A DNA stretch of 63,810 nucleotides from Eubacteriales bacterium (GCA_045634425.1 JAZRAF010000097.1:1-63810), one strand, 5' to 3'; counted from the stretch's first letter, positions 8,809 to 19,165 are shown. The notes: generated by a model from the letters alone, not told the origin. A program made the numbers and translations.

Positions 8809-9693
8809 ATGTCGTTTTCCTCGGATCTTAAAACGGAAATAATCGAGCAACCGATAAAGGCCTCTTGCTGCCGCAAGGCTTTTGCCTCGGCGCTGCTTGC
8901 ATCAAAGGCGCGTGTGTGCGATAACATTATCACACTTAATGTCGAAAACGACGAGCACGCCGCCTTCGCAGCAAAATATATATCCGACTTTTTCGGCGCA
9001 ACACCCGTGGTCGAGCGCCCGAAGAGCGGTGGCAGATGTCGCACGCTGACCTTTTCGTCAAAAAGTGCGATGCGCTATTTGAACGCAATTAACTCGGAAG
9101 ACCCCCCCTACGCTGTAAAATGTCCCGCCTGTGAGGCTGCGTTTTTTAAGGGAATGTTCTTCGCATCGGGTAGAATCTCTGACCCGAAAAAGCAGTATCT
9201 TCTCGAATTTTCTCCCGTTAACTGCTGTGATAAGTTTATCGATGCGCTCGCAGGCGTGGGAGTCGATGCCAGAAAAACACAGCGCGGTGGCAGGGTAGAT
9301 CTCTATATTAAAAAGAGTGCGATAATCGAGGATTTCTTCGCATTTATCGGACTTAACTCCGCGGCGTTTGCATTTATGAACGCAACGATCGAAAGTGAGT
9401 TCAGAAATAACACAAACCGCATTGTAAACTGCGAAACTAACAATATCAGCAAGTCGGTAATGGCTTCGCATAAGCAGATATCGGTAATAGACGAGCTCGA
9501 GCGTGCTAATCTGCTCTCGTCCTTGCCTGAGGAGCTTGAGGTCACCGCAAGGCTGAGAATAAAATACCGCGACCTGTCACTGTCACAGCTCGCCGCGGTT
9601 TCGGTGCCCGCGATCTCAAAATCGGGATTATCGCACCGACTCAAGAAAATTATGGAATATGCAGAAACGCTCTTACCGGGCGTGAAAAAATAA
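8809..9693 (+). CDS. whiA: DNA-binding protein WhiA
   Basis: MSFSSDLKTEI....ASCCRKAFASALL is a typical WhiA N-terminus. It has a degenerate LAGLIDADG-like middle region and a C-terminal HTH (LSLSQLAAV...ISKSGLSHRLKKI). Confidence 0.9.
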   Translation: MSFSSDLKTEIIEQPIKASCCRKAFASALLASKARVCDNIITLNVENDEHAAFAAKYISDFFGATPVVERPKSGGRCRTLTFSSKSAMRYLNAINSEDPPYAVKCPACEAAFFKGMFFASGRISDPKKQYLLEFSPVNCCDKFIDALAGVGVDARKTQRGGRVDLYIKKSAIIEDFFAFIGLNSAAFAFMNATIESEFRNNTNRIVNCETNNISKSVMASHKQISVIDELERANLLSSLPEELEVTARLRIKYRDLSLSQLAAVSVPAISKSGLSHRLKKIMEYAETLLPGVKK

Positions 9694-9708
9694 AGGAGGG
9701 TCACTCGC

Positions 9709-12700
9709 GTGGGAGATTTTGTACATCTTCATCTTCATACAGAATATAGCTTGCTCGACGGTGCTACGAGAATCTCAGAGATAGCCGATAAGGCGCTGCG
9801 CGAGGGGCAGAGTGCCGTTGCAATAACCGACCACGGTGTAATGTACGGCGTTGTCGAGTTTTACGAGGCACTTAAATCAAAGGGCATAAAGCCCATCATA
9901 GGCTGTGAGGTCTACGTTGCCGCACGCTCCCGCTTCCAAAAGGAAGGAAAGCAGGACTCCTCGGGATACCACCTGATCCTGCTTTGTAAAAATGCCACGG
10001 GATATAAAAACCTGTGCTATATGGTTTCCGAAAGCTTTACCAACGGCTTCTACACAAGACCCCGCATCGATATGGACCTTCTGCGTGAGCATTCCGAGGG
10101 TCTTATCGCTCTTTCTGCTTGTGTTGGCGGTAAGATACCGCAGATGATACTTGCCGGCAATTTCGAGGAGGCCGAGGCCGAGGCTATCGTGATGCGTGAC
10201 ATATTTGGCGAGGACTTTTACCTCGAGGTGCAGAATCACGGCCTTGACGACGAGCTTAAGGTTGCATATGCGCTTAAGAGAATAAGCGAGCGCCACGGCA
10301 TCCCCCTTGTCGCAACCAATGACGTCCATTATCTCGAAGCCAAGGATGCCGACACACAGGCTATCCTTATGTGTATACAGACCAACAACGTAATAACCGA
10401 TGGCAGACCTTTTGGTTTTGAAACGGACGAGTTCTATTTCAAGTCCACCGAGCAGATGCGCTCGCTGTTTGCCTCGTTTGACGGCGCGATTGAAAATACG
10501 GTCAAAATAGCTGAGAAGTGCAACTTCGATTTTGAATTTGACAAGCTTCATTTGCCTGATTTCAGACCCGAGGACGGCCTTTCGCACAAGGAAAAGCTGC
10601 GCAAGGATGCGTATATCGGCTTTGAGGAGCGTGCACGTGACGGTCGCTTCGATTTTACCCGCCATTCAAGAGAAGAATATGAGCAGAGAATAGAATACGA
10701 GCTCTCGGTCATAGATTCTATGGGCTTTAACGCCTACTTCCTTATAGTCAGCGATTTCGTTTCCTTTGCTAAAAAGGCAGACATTCCCGTCGGCCCCGGC
10801 AGAGGCTCGGGCGCAGGTAGCCTTGTTGCATTTTGCGTTGGTATTACCGACGTTGACCCGATTGCGTTTGATCTTCTCTTTGAGAGATTTTTGAACCCCG
10901 AGCGTGTGTCAATGCCCGATTTTGATATAGATTTTTGCTATAATCGCCGTGAGGAGGTTATAGATTACGTTAAAAGAAAATACGGCGACGATAAGGTAGC
11001 TCAGATCGTTACCTTTGGTACCTTGGCGGCGCGTGCTGCAGTCCGCGACGTCGGACGAGCCCTCGGTATGCCGTACAACCGTGTTGACACGGTGGCAAAG
11101 ATGATACCGCGCGAGCTCAACGTTACCATAAAGTCTGCGCTCGATGTTAAGGAGATCCGCGCGCTTTATGATACCGACAACGACGTTAGACGACTTCTTG
11201 ACGTCAGCAAGAGCCTCGAGGGGATGCCAAGACACGCATCCACCCACGCGGCAGGCGTTGTAATCACCGAAGAGCCCACGTACAACTACGTGCCCCTCTC
11301 TTATAGCGGTACGGGCGTTGTTACGCAGTTTGATATGAACACCGATGCGAAGCTTGGACTTGTCAAGTTCGACTTCCTCGGACTCAGATATATCACCGTT
11401 ATTCACGATGCCGAAGCCGAGATCAGAAAGAGAATTCCCGACTTTGACATCACCCAGGTCTCACTTAACGACCCCGAGACCTTCCGCCTGCTTTCCGAGG
11501 CTCGCACCGACGGCGTATTTCAGCTTGAGTCGGGCGGTATGAAGCAGGTGCTCTCAAGACTGTTACCGAACACCCTTGAGGACGTTATAGCTTGTATCGC
11601 ACTCTACCGCCCCGGTCCTATGGATTCGATCGATAAGTTCATCGAAAGAAAGCACGGCAGGGAAAAGACAAGCTATACGACCCCCGAGCTTAAGGATATA
11701 CTCGACGTAACCTACGGTTGTATCGTATATCAGGAGCAGGTAATGCAGATATGCAGACGCCTGGCAGGATATTCGTATGCACACGCAGACGTCGTGCGCC
11801 GTGCGATGTCTAAGAAAAAGGCGGACGTAATGCTCGCAGAATCCGAAAGCTTTATTGCAGGATGTGCCGAAAACGGCATTCCCCGCGATGCTGCGGCGGC
11901 AATATTCGACGAAATGGTTGGATTTGCTAAATACGCGTTCAACAAGAGCCACGCTACGGCATATGGCGTTATTTCCTTCAGAACGGCGTATCTCAAGGCG
12001 CACTATCCCGCAGAGTATTTCTCGGCGCTCTTGACCAGCGTGCTTGGCGATGCGGCAAAGCTGCGCGAATATATCGCCGATGCACAAAAGCACGGTGTCA
12101 GCGTTCTTCCGCCCGATATCAATAGCAGTGATACCGACTTCTCGGTAAGTGGCGGTAATATCAGATACGGTCTTTTGGCCATCAAAAACGTCGGCCGTGC
12201 GGTTGCCGTTGCTATCATAAACGAGCGCAAGAAAAAGCCCTTTACCTCATTCGACGAGTTCGTGTCGAGAATGTCGGGGGCAGACCTTAATAAGAGAACT
12301 CTTGAGTCGCTTATCAAGTGCGGCGTATTTGATTCACTCGGCGTTACCCGCAGCGCTCTTATGTCCTGTTATGAAACCATCCTTGAAACCGAGCACGATA
12401 AGGCGAGAAACAACATAAGCGGTCAGCTTGACCTGTTTTCTATCGGCCTTGAATCGGCTAGTGCGTCTTCCTCGGTGTTTGAATATCCCGATATACCCGA
12501 GTATTCGTTGCGCGAGCTTCTGATGCTTGAAAAGGAAAGCTCGGGAATGTACTTCTCGGGCCATATGATGGACAATTATTCTATGCACGCAGAGTCGCTC
12601 GGCGTTGATAAAATATCCTCGGTTATCCCTCAGGACGATAATGAGGAGGGAAGAAAATACGAGGATCGCCAGGCGATAAAGCTTGCGGGAATAATAACCG

Positions 12701-13185
12701 ACAAAAAGACGAAAGTCATCAAAAACGGCGATACTATGGCATTTATCAAGCTCGAGGACAGATACGGCGAGATCGAGGTTATAGTATTTGCCAAGCAGTA
12801 TTCCGCATTCTCCTCCGAAATATTTGAAGAAAATGCGGTATATATCGAAGGTACGGTATCGTATGAGGACGGCGACGAGGTAAGAATTCTTCTCTCAAGC
12901 ATTCGCCCTCTTACGAACAATGCCGAATTTAACAACACACCTAAAGTGAGCAATACCCCCAAAAAGGAGGAAACTCTTTACGTCAGAGTGCAGACGAGGG
13001 ATACCAAATGCATAAACGTTCTTACAAGAATGGCGCTTTTGAATCCCGGCAACACGCGCATAGCGGTGTACGAGCTTGATTCAAAGACCTACTCCGCGCT
13101 CAAGGACGTAAAAATATCTCCCAGTGAAAAGGTGATATCTCGCATTAAGACAACCTTTGGCGAAGCCAACGTTATCTTAAAATAA
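9709..13185 (+). CDS. dnaE: DNA polymerase III alpha subunit (DnaE type)
   Basis: 1158 aa with a GTG start after a ggaggg RBS. PHP domain (FVHLHLHTEYSLLDG), fingers/palm region (PDFDIDF) and C-terminal OB fold. Confidence 0.97.
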   Translation: MGDFVHLHLHTEYSLLDGATRISEIADKALREGQSAVAITDHGVMYGVVEFYEALKSKGIKPIIGCEVYVAARSRFQKEGKQDSSGYHLILLCKNATGYKNLCYMVSESFTNGFYTRPRIDMDLLREHSEGLIALSACVGGKIPQMILAGNFEEAEAEAIVMRDIFGEDFYLEVQNHGLDDELKVAYALKRISERHGIPLVATNDVHYLEAKDADTQAILMCIQTNNVITDGRPFGFETDEFYFKSTEQMRSLFASFDGAIENTVKIAEKCNFDFEFDKLHLPDFRPEDGLSHKEKLRKDAYIGFEERARDGRFDFTRHSREEYEQRIEYELSVIDSMGFNAYFLIVSDFVSFAKKADIPVGPGRGSGAGSLVAFCVGITDVDPIAFDLLFERFLNPERVSMPDFDIDFCYNRREEVIDYVKRKYGDDKVAQIVTFGTLAARAAVRDVGRALGMPYNRVDTVAKMIPRELNVTIKSALDVKEIRALYDTDNDVRRLLDVSKSLEGMPRHASTHAAGVVITEEPTYNYVPLSYSGTGVVTQFDMNTDAKLGLVKFDFLGLRYITVIHDAEAEIRKRIPDFDITQVSLNDPETFRLLSEARTDGVFQLESGGMKQVLSRLLPNTLEDVIACIALYRPGPMDSIDKFIERKHGREKTSYTTPELKDILDVTYGCIVYQEQVMQICRRLAGYSYAHADVVRRAMSKKKADVMLAESESFIAGCAENGIPRDAAAAIFDEMVGFAKYAFNKSHATAYGVISFRTAYLKAHYPAEYFSALLTSVLGDAAKLREYIADAQKHGVSVLPPDINSSDTDFSVSGGNIRYGLLAIKNVGRAVAVAIINERKKKPFTSFDEFVSRMSGADLNKRTLESLIKCGVFDSLGVTRSALMSCYETILETEHDKARNNISGQLDLFSIGLESASASSSVFEYPDIPEYSLRELLMLEKESSGMYFSGHMMDNYSMHAESLGVDKISSVIPQDDNEEGRKYEDRQAIKLAGIITDKKTKVIKNGDTMAFIKLEDRYGEIEVIVFAKQYSAFSSEIFEENAVYIEGTVSYEDGDEVRILLSSIRPLTNNAEFNNTPKVSNTPKKEETLYVRVQTRDTKCINVLTRMALLNPGNTRIAVYELDSKTYSALKDVKISPSEKVISRIKTTFGEANVILK

Positions 13186-13200
13186 TTCACAAATGGTATA

Positions 13201-13229
13201 TTGACACGCATTTTTTAGGGATGTATAAT
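13201..13229 (+). promoter_or_regulatory. Consensus sigma-A promoter upstream of cvpA
   Basis: TTGACA (13201-13206), 17-nt spacer, TATAAT (13224-13229). Confidence 0.6.
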
Positions 13230-13254
13230 ATTTACGCGAAAGGAGTACTAAATT

Positions 13255-13908
13255 ATGGGATTATGGATAGTTATTGACGTGATCCTCGCCTTACTTGTCG
13301 TGGCTGGGTTTATAATCGGACTCAAGCGCGGCTTTATCAGAAGTGTTGAAGGCCCTCTTTGCTTTGTTGGCTCGCTTGCCTTGGCATATTTGCTTGCAAG
13401 TCCGATATCGGTCAAATTGGTCGAGCCTATGATTGGTGCTTCTCTCACCAATCAGCTTTCCGAATATCTTATGGCGAATTGCGCTGACCCAGGCGCCGAG
13501 CTTCCAACTATTGTAAAGCTTGCGGCAGGTATAGTAAATATCGACCTTGAGGGAAAGACTATAGAACAGATACTTGTTGAGATAGCAGCCCCCACCGTGC
13601 ACATCGTAACGGTTATAATAATGTTCATTATCCTGTTCTTTGTGTTCAAGCTTCTCTTGAAGCTTATGTTCAAGATACTCGACTCTGTGTTTAACAGCTC
13701 GATATTGGTAATCCCCAATAAGATAATCGGTTGCGCCCTGAACACTCTTCTCGGTGCAGTTGTTTCTTGGATCTTGGTGTTTGCATTCAATTTTGTTATC
13801 CATTTGGATTCAATGTCCGGTGTAGCTTGGGCGGCGGAGTTTAACGGCGGCCCGATATACAATTTCTTCTTGAATTTAAGCCCGCTTGATTTGTTGCTCG
13901 GGTTCTGA
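13255..13908 (+). CDS. cvpA: CvpA-family membrane protein
   Basis: 217 aa. N-terminal WIVIDVILALLVVAGFIIGLKRGFIRS is the typical CvpA signature. Multiple TM helices. Confidence 0.8.
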   Translation: MGLWIVIDVILALLVVAGFIIGLKRGFIRSVEGPLCFVGSLALAYLLASPISVKLVEPMIGASLTNQLSEYLMANCADPGAELPTIVKLAAGIVNIDLEGKTIEQILVEIAAPTVHIVTVIIMFIILFFVFKLLLKLMFKILDSVFNSSILVIPNKIIGCALNTLLGAVVSWILVFAFNFVIHLDSMSGVAWAAEFNGGPIYNFFLNLSPLDLLLGF

Positions 13909-13957
13909 TTCTTATTTTTGACGGTGAAATCCACCGCGAGTTTAGAAAGGTTTTTTA

Positions 13958-16264
13958 ATGGAAATTCAGAGATGTGCGAGATGTAAAAAGCGCCCCGCAG
14001 TGGTTTTTATAACTCGTATGGATAATCAGAAAACATACAATGAGGGACTGTGCCTTGTTTGCGCAAAGGAGCTTGGCATAAAGCCCGTAAACGATATTCT
14101 CAAAAATATGGGAATGAGTGAAGAGGATATAGAAAATATGTCAGGCGAGGTCGAGGGGATGCTCACGGCTATTGAGCCTGCCGACGATCAGATGACTGCG
14201 CCCGACGGCGGCGCACCTGCGCTCGATCTTCAGAAGCTGTTCTCAAGCTTTGGTATGCCCCTCGGCGCTCAGGGCGGTGCACCCAAGCGCCCCAAGGGAT
14301 CAAAGGAAAAGGGAGAGGCTAAGGCCGATGAGTCAAAGAAGCTTCTTTCCACCTATTGCACCGACCTTACCGAAAAGGCGCGCCTTGGCAAGACCGATAG
14401 AATTATCGGCCGTGAGCGTGAGATTGATAGAGTTATACAGATACTCTGCCGTAGGCAGAAGAACAATCCTTGCCTTATAGGTGAGCCTGGTGTAGGTAAG
14501 ACTGCAATCGCTGAGGCACTTGCGCAAAGGATCGTAGACGGCAACGTCCCCGAGCGCCTCTCCAATGCCGAAATTTGGCTTCTCGACCTTACCGCACTCG
14601 TTGCAGGAACTCAGTTCCGCGGTCAGTTCGAGTCAAGAATACTTGGCTTGATCAAGGAGGTAAAAGCGGCAGGGAATATCATCCTTATGATCGACGAGGT
14701 GCACACCATCGTTGGCGCGGGTGACTCCGAGGGCAGTATGAGTGCGGCAAACATCCTTAAGCCTGCGCTTTCTCGCGGAGAAATTCAGGTCATCGGCGCA
14801 ACAACCTTGAAGGAATATAGAAAATATATCGAAAAGGATAGCGCGCTTGAGCGTAGATTCCAGCCCGTTATGGTAAACGAGCCCTCCGTGGACGAAACCG
14901 TACAGGTAATTAAGGGTATAAAGAAATATTACGAGAGCTTCCATAGCGCATGCATATCCGATGAGGTTGCGCGCGCTGCGGTCCTGCTTTCCGAGCGTTA
15001 TATAACCGACCGCTTCCTTCCCGATAAGGCTATCGACCTTATTGACGAGGCTGCGGCGAGAGTTGCGCTTTCTTCTCCCGCACTTAACGAGAAGCTTCGC
15101 AACGAAAAGAAGCTTGTACAGATCATCGAAAAAGAAAATCAGCTTTCCGCCGAGGTTGAAAAGCCCGACGGTCAAACTGAAGAAAACTATAAGGCGATAG
15201 CAGATATTAAGGTAGAAAAGCTTAAGCTTGAGGAGCGCCAGCGCGAGCTCGAGGATGAGGTGAGTCGCCTTTCTATCACGATTGCCGATCTTGCGAACGT
15301 AATTGAGATCTGGACGGGTGTTCCCGCATCCGATATCAAGGCTGGCGAGCTTTCCGAGCTTCAGGGCCTTGAAGGTCGCATCAGCGCACGCATAATCGGT
15401 CAGACAGAGGCGGTTGATGCCGTTGTCCGTGCCGTTAAGCGTAAGCGCGCGGGTATTTCGTACAGACAAAATCCCGTTTCAATGATATTTGCGGGTCCTA
15501 CGGGCGTTGGTAAGACAGAGCTTGTAAAGGTCTTGGCAGACGAGCTCTTCAAGCAGCCCGAGTCGCTTATAAGACTTGATATGTCCGAGTTTATGGAGAA
15601 GCACGCGGTTTCAAGAATCATCGGCGCACCTCCCGGATACGTTGGCTATGACGAGGCGGGTCAGCTGACCGAAAAGATCAGACGCCGCCCCCACGCAGTT
15701 ATCCTCTTCGACGAGATCGAAAAGGCACACCCCGACGTGCTCAACATTCTTCTTCAGATACTTGACGACGGCAAGATAACCGATGCACAGGGAAGACAGG
15801 TCAACTTTGAAAACACGATCATCATAATGACCACCAACGCAGGCAGCGAAAGCACGACCTCTATCTCGGGCTTTGCGGACAATAAGGAGCAGAAGTCGAA
15901 GGAAAAGACCGAAAAGGCGCTTGCATCCTTCCTTCGCCCCGAGTTTATCAACCGTATCGATGAGATAATCGTATTCCGCCATCTTGACGAGGCTGACTTC
16001 GTTAAGATCGCCGATATTATGCTTTCGAAGCTTGCCGCGCATATGAACGAAAAGGGAATACGCCTCACCTACTCCGAGGACGTGCTCACCTATATCGCAA
16101 AGGAGTCTTACTCTGAGAAATACGGAGCAAGAAATATGCGCAGATTCGTTGAAAGATCGGTTGAGGACAGCATCGCATCCCTTATAATCGACAAGGCGCA
16201 AACATCTTTGCTCGGCATCCACCTCACAACCGAGGATGGCAAGATTAAGATAAATTCAATTTGA
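13958..16264 (+). CDS. clpE: Hsp100/Clp AAA+ ATPase with an N-terminal zinc ribbon (ClpE type)
   Basis: 768 aa. The N-terminus CARCKKRPA...x20...CLVCAKE is a CxxC...CxxC ribbon rather than Clp_N repeats. It is followed by a low-complexity linker, two Walker A sites (GEPGVGKT, GPTGVGKT) and a short coiled-coil M-domain. An SGF tripeptide sits at the position of the ClpP-docking loop. Confidence 0.85.
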   Translation: MEIQRCARCKKRPAVVFITRMDNQKTYNEGLCLVCAKELGIKPVNDILKNMGMSEEDIENMSGEVEGMLTAIEPADDQMTAPDGGAPALDLQKLFSSFGMPLGAQGGAPKRPKGSKEKGEAKADESKKLLSTYCTDLTEKARLGKTDRIIGREREIDRVIQILCRRQKNNPCLIGEPGVGKTAIAEALAQRIVDGNVPERLSNAEIWLLDLTALVAGTQFRGQFESRILGLIKEVKAAGNIILMIDEVHTIVGAGDSEGSMSAANILKPALSRGEIQVIGATTLKEYRKYIEKDSALERRFQPVMVNEPSVDETVQVIKGIKKYYESFHSACISDEVARAAVLLSERYITDRFLPDKAIDLIDEAAARVALSSPALNEKLRNEKKLVQIIEKENQLSAEVEKPDGQTEENYKAIADIKVEKLKLEERQRELEDEVSRLSITIADLANVIEIWTGVPASDIKAGELSELQGLEGRISARIIGQTEAVDAVVRAVKRKRAGISYRQNPVSMIFAGPTGVGKTELVKVLADELFKQPESLIRLDMSEFMEKHAVSRIIGAPPGYVGYDEAGQLTEKIRRRPHAVILFDEIEKAHPDVLNILLQILDDGKITDAQGRQVNFENTIIIMTTNAGSESTTSISGFADNKEQKSKEKTEKALASFLRPEFINRIDEIIVFRHLDEADFVKIADIMLSKLAAHMNEKGIRLTYSEDVLTYIAKESYSEKYGARNMRRFVERSVEDSIASLIIDKAQTSLLGIHLTTEDGKIKINSI

Positions 16265-16283
16265 TATATTTAGGAGATAAACA

Positions 16284-17105
16284 ATGGCAGAATGCACACA
16301 CAATTGTTCTACTTGCTCCGAGAAGTGCTCTAAGGAATCCCTTATGGCGCCTGCAAACGCAGCAAGTAAGGTTAAAAGAGTCATCGGTGTTGTGAGCGGA
16401 AAGGGTGGCGTAGGCAAGTCCCTCGTTACCTCTATGCTCGCCGTTACAATGCAGAGAAGAGGATACAAGACCGCAATACTTGATGCAGACATCACCGGCC
16501 CCTCTATCCCCAAGGCCTTTGGCCTTAAGCCCGGATGCGTAACCGGTAGCGAGCTCGGAATGTTTCCTCCCGTTACCAAGACCGGCATCGAGGTTATGAG
16601 CGTAAATCTCCTTATGGACGAGGAGACCAAGCCCGTAGTTTGGAGAGGTCCCGTTATCGCAGGCACCGTAAAGCAGTTCTGGTCCGACGTGGTTTGGAAT
16701 GAGGTCGACTATATGTTTGTCGATATGCCTCCCGGAACCGGCGACGTTCCCCTCACCGTATTCCAGAGCCTTCCTCTTGACGGCATAGTTATCGTAAGCA
16801 CTCCTCAGAGCCTTGTTTCTATGATCGTTGCCAAGGCGGTAAATATGGCGTCCCTTATGGACGTTAAGGTGCTTGGCTTGGTTGAAAATTACAGCTACCT
16901 TGTTTGCCCCGATTGCGGCAAGCACATCAACGTTTACGGCGATAGCCACATCGACGAGCTCGCAAAGGAGCACTCCACCGAGGTTCTTGCAAGAATTCCG
17001 ATCGATCCCGAGCTTGCATCTCTTTGCGACAAGGGCGTTATCGAGCTTTTCGAGGGTGATTACCTCGAATCCTGCGCAAACGCAATCGAAGAATCCTTCA
17101 AATAA
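16284..17105 (+). CDS. Mrp/NBP35/ApbC-family Fe-S cluster carrier ATPase
   Basis: 273 aa. Cys-rich N-terminus (CTHNCSTCSEKC), deviant Walker A (SGKGGVGKS) and CPDCG motif. Confidence 0.9.
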   Translation: MAECTHNCSTCSEKCSKESLMAPANAASKVKRVIGVVSGKGGVGKSLVTSMLAVTMQRRGYKTAILDADITGPSIPKAFGLKPGCVTGSELGMFPPVTKTGIEVMSVNLLMDEETKPVVWRGPVIAGTVKQFWSDVVWNEVDYMFVDMPPGTGDVPLTVFQSLPLDGIVIVSTPQSLVSMIVAKAVNMASLMDVKVLGLVENYSYLVCPDCGKHINVYGDSHIDELAKEHSTEVLARIPIDPELASLCDKGVIELFEGDYLESCANAIEESFK

Positions 17106-17117
17106 TAATTTATCTTA

Positions 17118-17146
17118 GGAGCTGCCACACGGCGGCTCCTTTTTTA
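17118..17146 (+). terminator. Rho-independent terminator after the mrp-like gene
   Basis: 9-bp stem ggagctgcc/ggcggctcc, loop acac, then TTTTTTATTTTTT. Confidence 0.8.
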
Positions 17147-17234
17147 TTTTTTCTCCCCTCATTTTGCGACAATATATTCTTACTTACGGTGATAGAATAG
17201 TATCGCAGCTTGAGTCTGTGAAAGGGGTGATAGG

Positions 17235-18080
17235 GTGAGGACGGTATATATCGACGTTTATTTTCTTATAAACTTTACTGTTGACCTCTTGGCGTTTCAC
17301 CTCGCTTCGCTGTTCACGAGAGTCCGTATAAAAAATGCAAGACTCCTGCTTGCAACCCTGATAAGTGCGCTTTACACCTCCTTTGCGCTCTTTTTTGAAA
17401 TCAACGGATGGCTGTCGGCGGCAATATCCGCGCTTGCGATGGTGTTGGTATCATACGCGCTCGCAGGCGGAATTTCGATAACTCGCCGCTTGAAGCTTAT
17501 GGTAGCATTTCTGTTGTTCTTGACGGTTATCGGCGGTCTTGTGTATCTTGCCTTCAATTTGATTGATGCTTATTTTCCCGATCAGATTGCAACGACCGTT
17601 GAAAATCGCAGGCTTTTGGTGCTTTCGGTGCTGATTTTGTTGTCTATCGGCATTATCCGCCTGCTGTTTATCCTCTTTTTTCACTCAAGGTCGGAGAAGG
17701 TGGCGCACCTTAAAATTGAGCTTTTAGGCAGATCTATCGAATGCGATGCGCTGGTCGACTCGGGCAATCTTTTAAAGGATCCCATCGACCTCACTCCCGT
17801 GATGCTGATAAAAGCCGATGCGGCGAAAGGATTGTTTCCGCGTGGAATACCTAGCGCCAATTCCTTTGACCTTGGTGATCTTGAACGCTTCGTGCGCCTT
17901 ATACCGATAAACAAAGACGGCAGGGTAGATCTGAAGCTTGGTGTGCGAGCTGAGCACGTGCTTGTGCTTCGTGGTAAACGGTTTGAAGAAATAAAACTTA
18001 CATTTATTATAGATGAGGTAGAAGGGCTCTTTGGCGGCTGTGAAGCATTAATACCGTCAAGTGCCTTGGAGAATACGTAG
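17235..18080 (+). CDS. spoIIGA: Sigma-E processing peptidase SpoIIGA
   Basis: 281 aa with a GTG start. The N-terminus VYIDVYFLINFTVDLLAF is typical. It has five TM segments and a C-terminal aspartic protease motif (ALVDSGN). Confidence 0.9.
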   Translation: MRTVYIDVYFLINFTVDLLAFHLASLFTRVRIKNARLLLATLISALYTSFALFFEINGWLSAAISALAMVLVSYALAGGISITRRLKLMVAFLLFLTVIGGLVYLAFNLIDAYFPDQIATTVENRRLLVLSVLILLSIGIIRLLFILFFHSRSEKVAHLKIELLGRSIECDALVDSGNLLKDPIDLTPVMLIKADAAKGLFPRGIPSANSFDLGDLERFVRLIPINKDGRVDLKLGVRAEHVLVLRGKRFEEIKLTFIIDEVEGLFGGCEALIPSSALENT

Positions 18081-18782
18081 ATGAAAATTAAACGTTTTTT
18101 ACATAGGATACGCGCGTTTTTTCTGCGCCTGTTTTCGGCTAAGGTATATTATATCAACGGCACGGACACCTTGCCGCCACCGCTTGAGGAAGAGGTCGAG
18201 GAGCATTTGCTTGAGCATATCGATTTGCGGCAGTCGCGTGATATGCTCATCGAGCACAACCTGCGCTTAGTTGTGTATATCGCAAAGCGATTTGAAAACA
18301 CGGGTGTGGGGATAGAGGAGCTAGTGTCCATAGGAACGGTTGGGCTTATCAAGGCGATATCCACCTTTAACGCTGACAAAAACATCAAGCTCGCCACCTA
18401 CGCATCGCGGTGCATTGAGAATGAAATTTTAATGTTTATTCGCAAGAGCTCGGGTAAAAAGCGCGAGGTGTCGATAGACGAGCCGCTCAGCGTTGATTGG
18501 GACGGCAACGAGCTTCTTTTGTCCGACGTTCTCGGCTCCGAAAACGACAGCGTTTACAAGGACATGGAGGAGGACGAGGAGCGCCGCATTTTGCGCTCTG
18601 CGGTCAAGGATCTGAACGCAAGGGAGCGTGTCATTATCGAGATGCGATACGGCCTTGACGGTGGGGAAGAGCTCACACAAAAGGAGGTTGCAGACGCCCT
18701 CGGCATATCACAAAGCTACATTTCACGCCTCGAAAAGAAGATAATGAAGGACCTGCGTAAAAAAATTCAAGAAAAAATATAA
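18081..18782 (+). CDS. sigE: Sporulation sigma factor pro-sigma-E
   Basis: 233 aa. Pro-sequence followed by [16 protein letters not shown] (compare YYIGGSEALPPPL). Sigma-70 regions 2 and 4 are present. The gene lies immediately downstream of spoIIGA. Confidence 0.92.
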   Translation: MKIKRFLHRIRAFFLRLFSAKVYYINGTDTLPPPLEEEVEEHLLEHIDLRQSRDMLIEHNLRLVVYIAKRFENTGVGIEELVSIGTVGLIKAISTFNADKNIKLATYASRCIENEILMFIRKSSGKKREVSIDEPLSVDWDGNELLLSDVLGSENDSVYKDMEEDEERRILRSAVKDLNARERVIIEMRYGLDGGEELTQKEVADALGISQSYISRLEKKIMKDLRKKIQEKI

Positions 18783-18799
18783 TTTTTTTGAAAAATCTA

Positions 18800-18828
18800 T
18801 TGCAAATTAAGAAAATGTGTGATATAAT
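18800..18828 (+). promoter_or_regulatory. Sigma-A-type promoter upstream of rpmE
   Basis: TTGCAA (18800-18805), 17-nt spacer, TATAAT (18823-18828). Confidence 0.55.
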
Positions 18829-18872
18829 GAAGAGCAATTAAAATGAATAACTATGTAAAGAGGTGTTAAAAA

Positions 18873-19079
18873 ATGAAAGCAGGAATACATCCCGAGTACA
18901 AGGAAGCTACCATTAGATGTGCTTGTGGCGAGACCGTTTCTACCCACTCCGTTAAGGGTGATATGAACGTAGAAATTTGCTCCAAGTGCCATCCTTTCTA
19001 TACAGGTAAGCAGAAGTTTGTAGATGCAGGCGGACGTGTTGACAAGTTCAAGAAGCGTCTTGCTAAGGTTGGTAAGTAA
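18873..19079 (+). CDS. rpmE: 50S ribosomal protein L31 (Cys-containing, Zn-binding type)
   Basis: [20 protein letters not shown]...[27 protein letters not shown]. Confidence 0.97.
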   Translation: MKAGIHPEYKEATIRCACGETVSTHSVKGDMNVEICSKCHPFYTGKQKFVDAGGRVDKFKKRLAKVGK

Positions 19080-19092
19080 TTACCACAAGAAA

Positions 19093-19135
19093 AGAGCGCC
19101 GTACTGTCCGTAAGTGGTCGTCGGCGCCCTTTTTC
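19093..19135 (+). terminator. Rho-independent terminator after rpmE
   Basis: Stem agagcgccg/cggcgccct (one mismatch) followed by TTTTT. Confidence 0.6.
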
Positions 19136-19165
19136 TATCATTTTAGTGTCGAGCGGAGGTATATT

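Noticed and set aside
13958-14350. The zinc-ribbon N-terminus on a ClpC-like AAA+ protein, considered as a possible novel McsA-ClpC fusion.
   Set aside because: The CxxC-x20-CxxC ribbon, linker and two AAA+ modules match the known ClpE subclass of Firmicute Hsp100 proteins. It is not novel. I also looked for a CtsR heptad direct repeat in 13909-13957 and found only one poor TTTGACG half-site.
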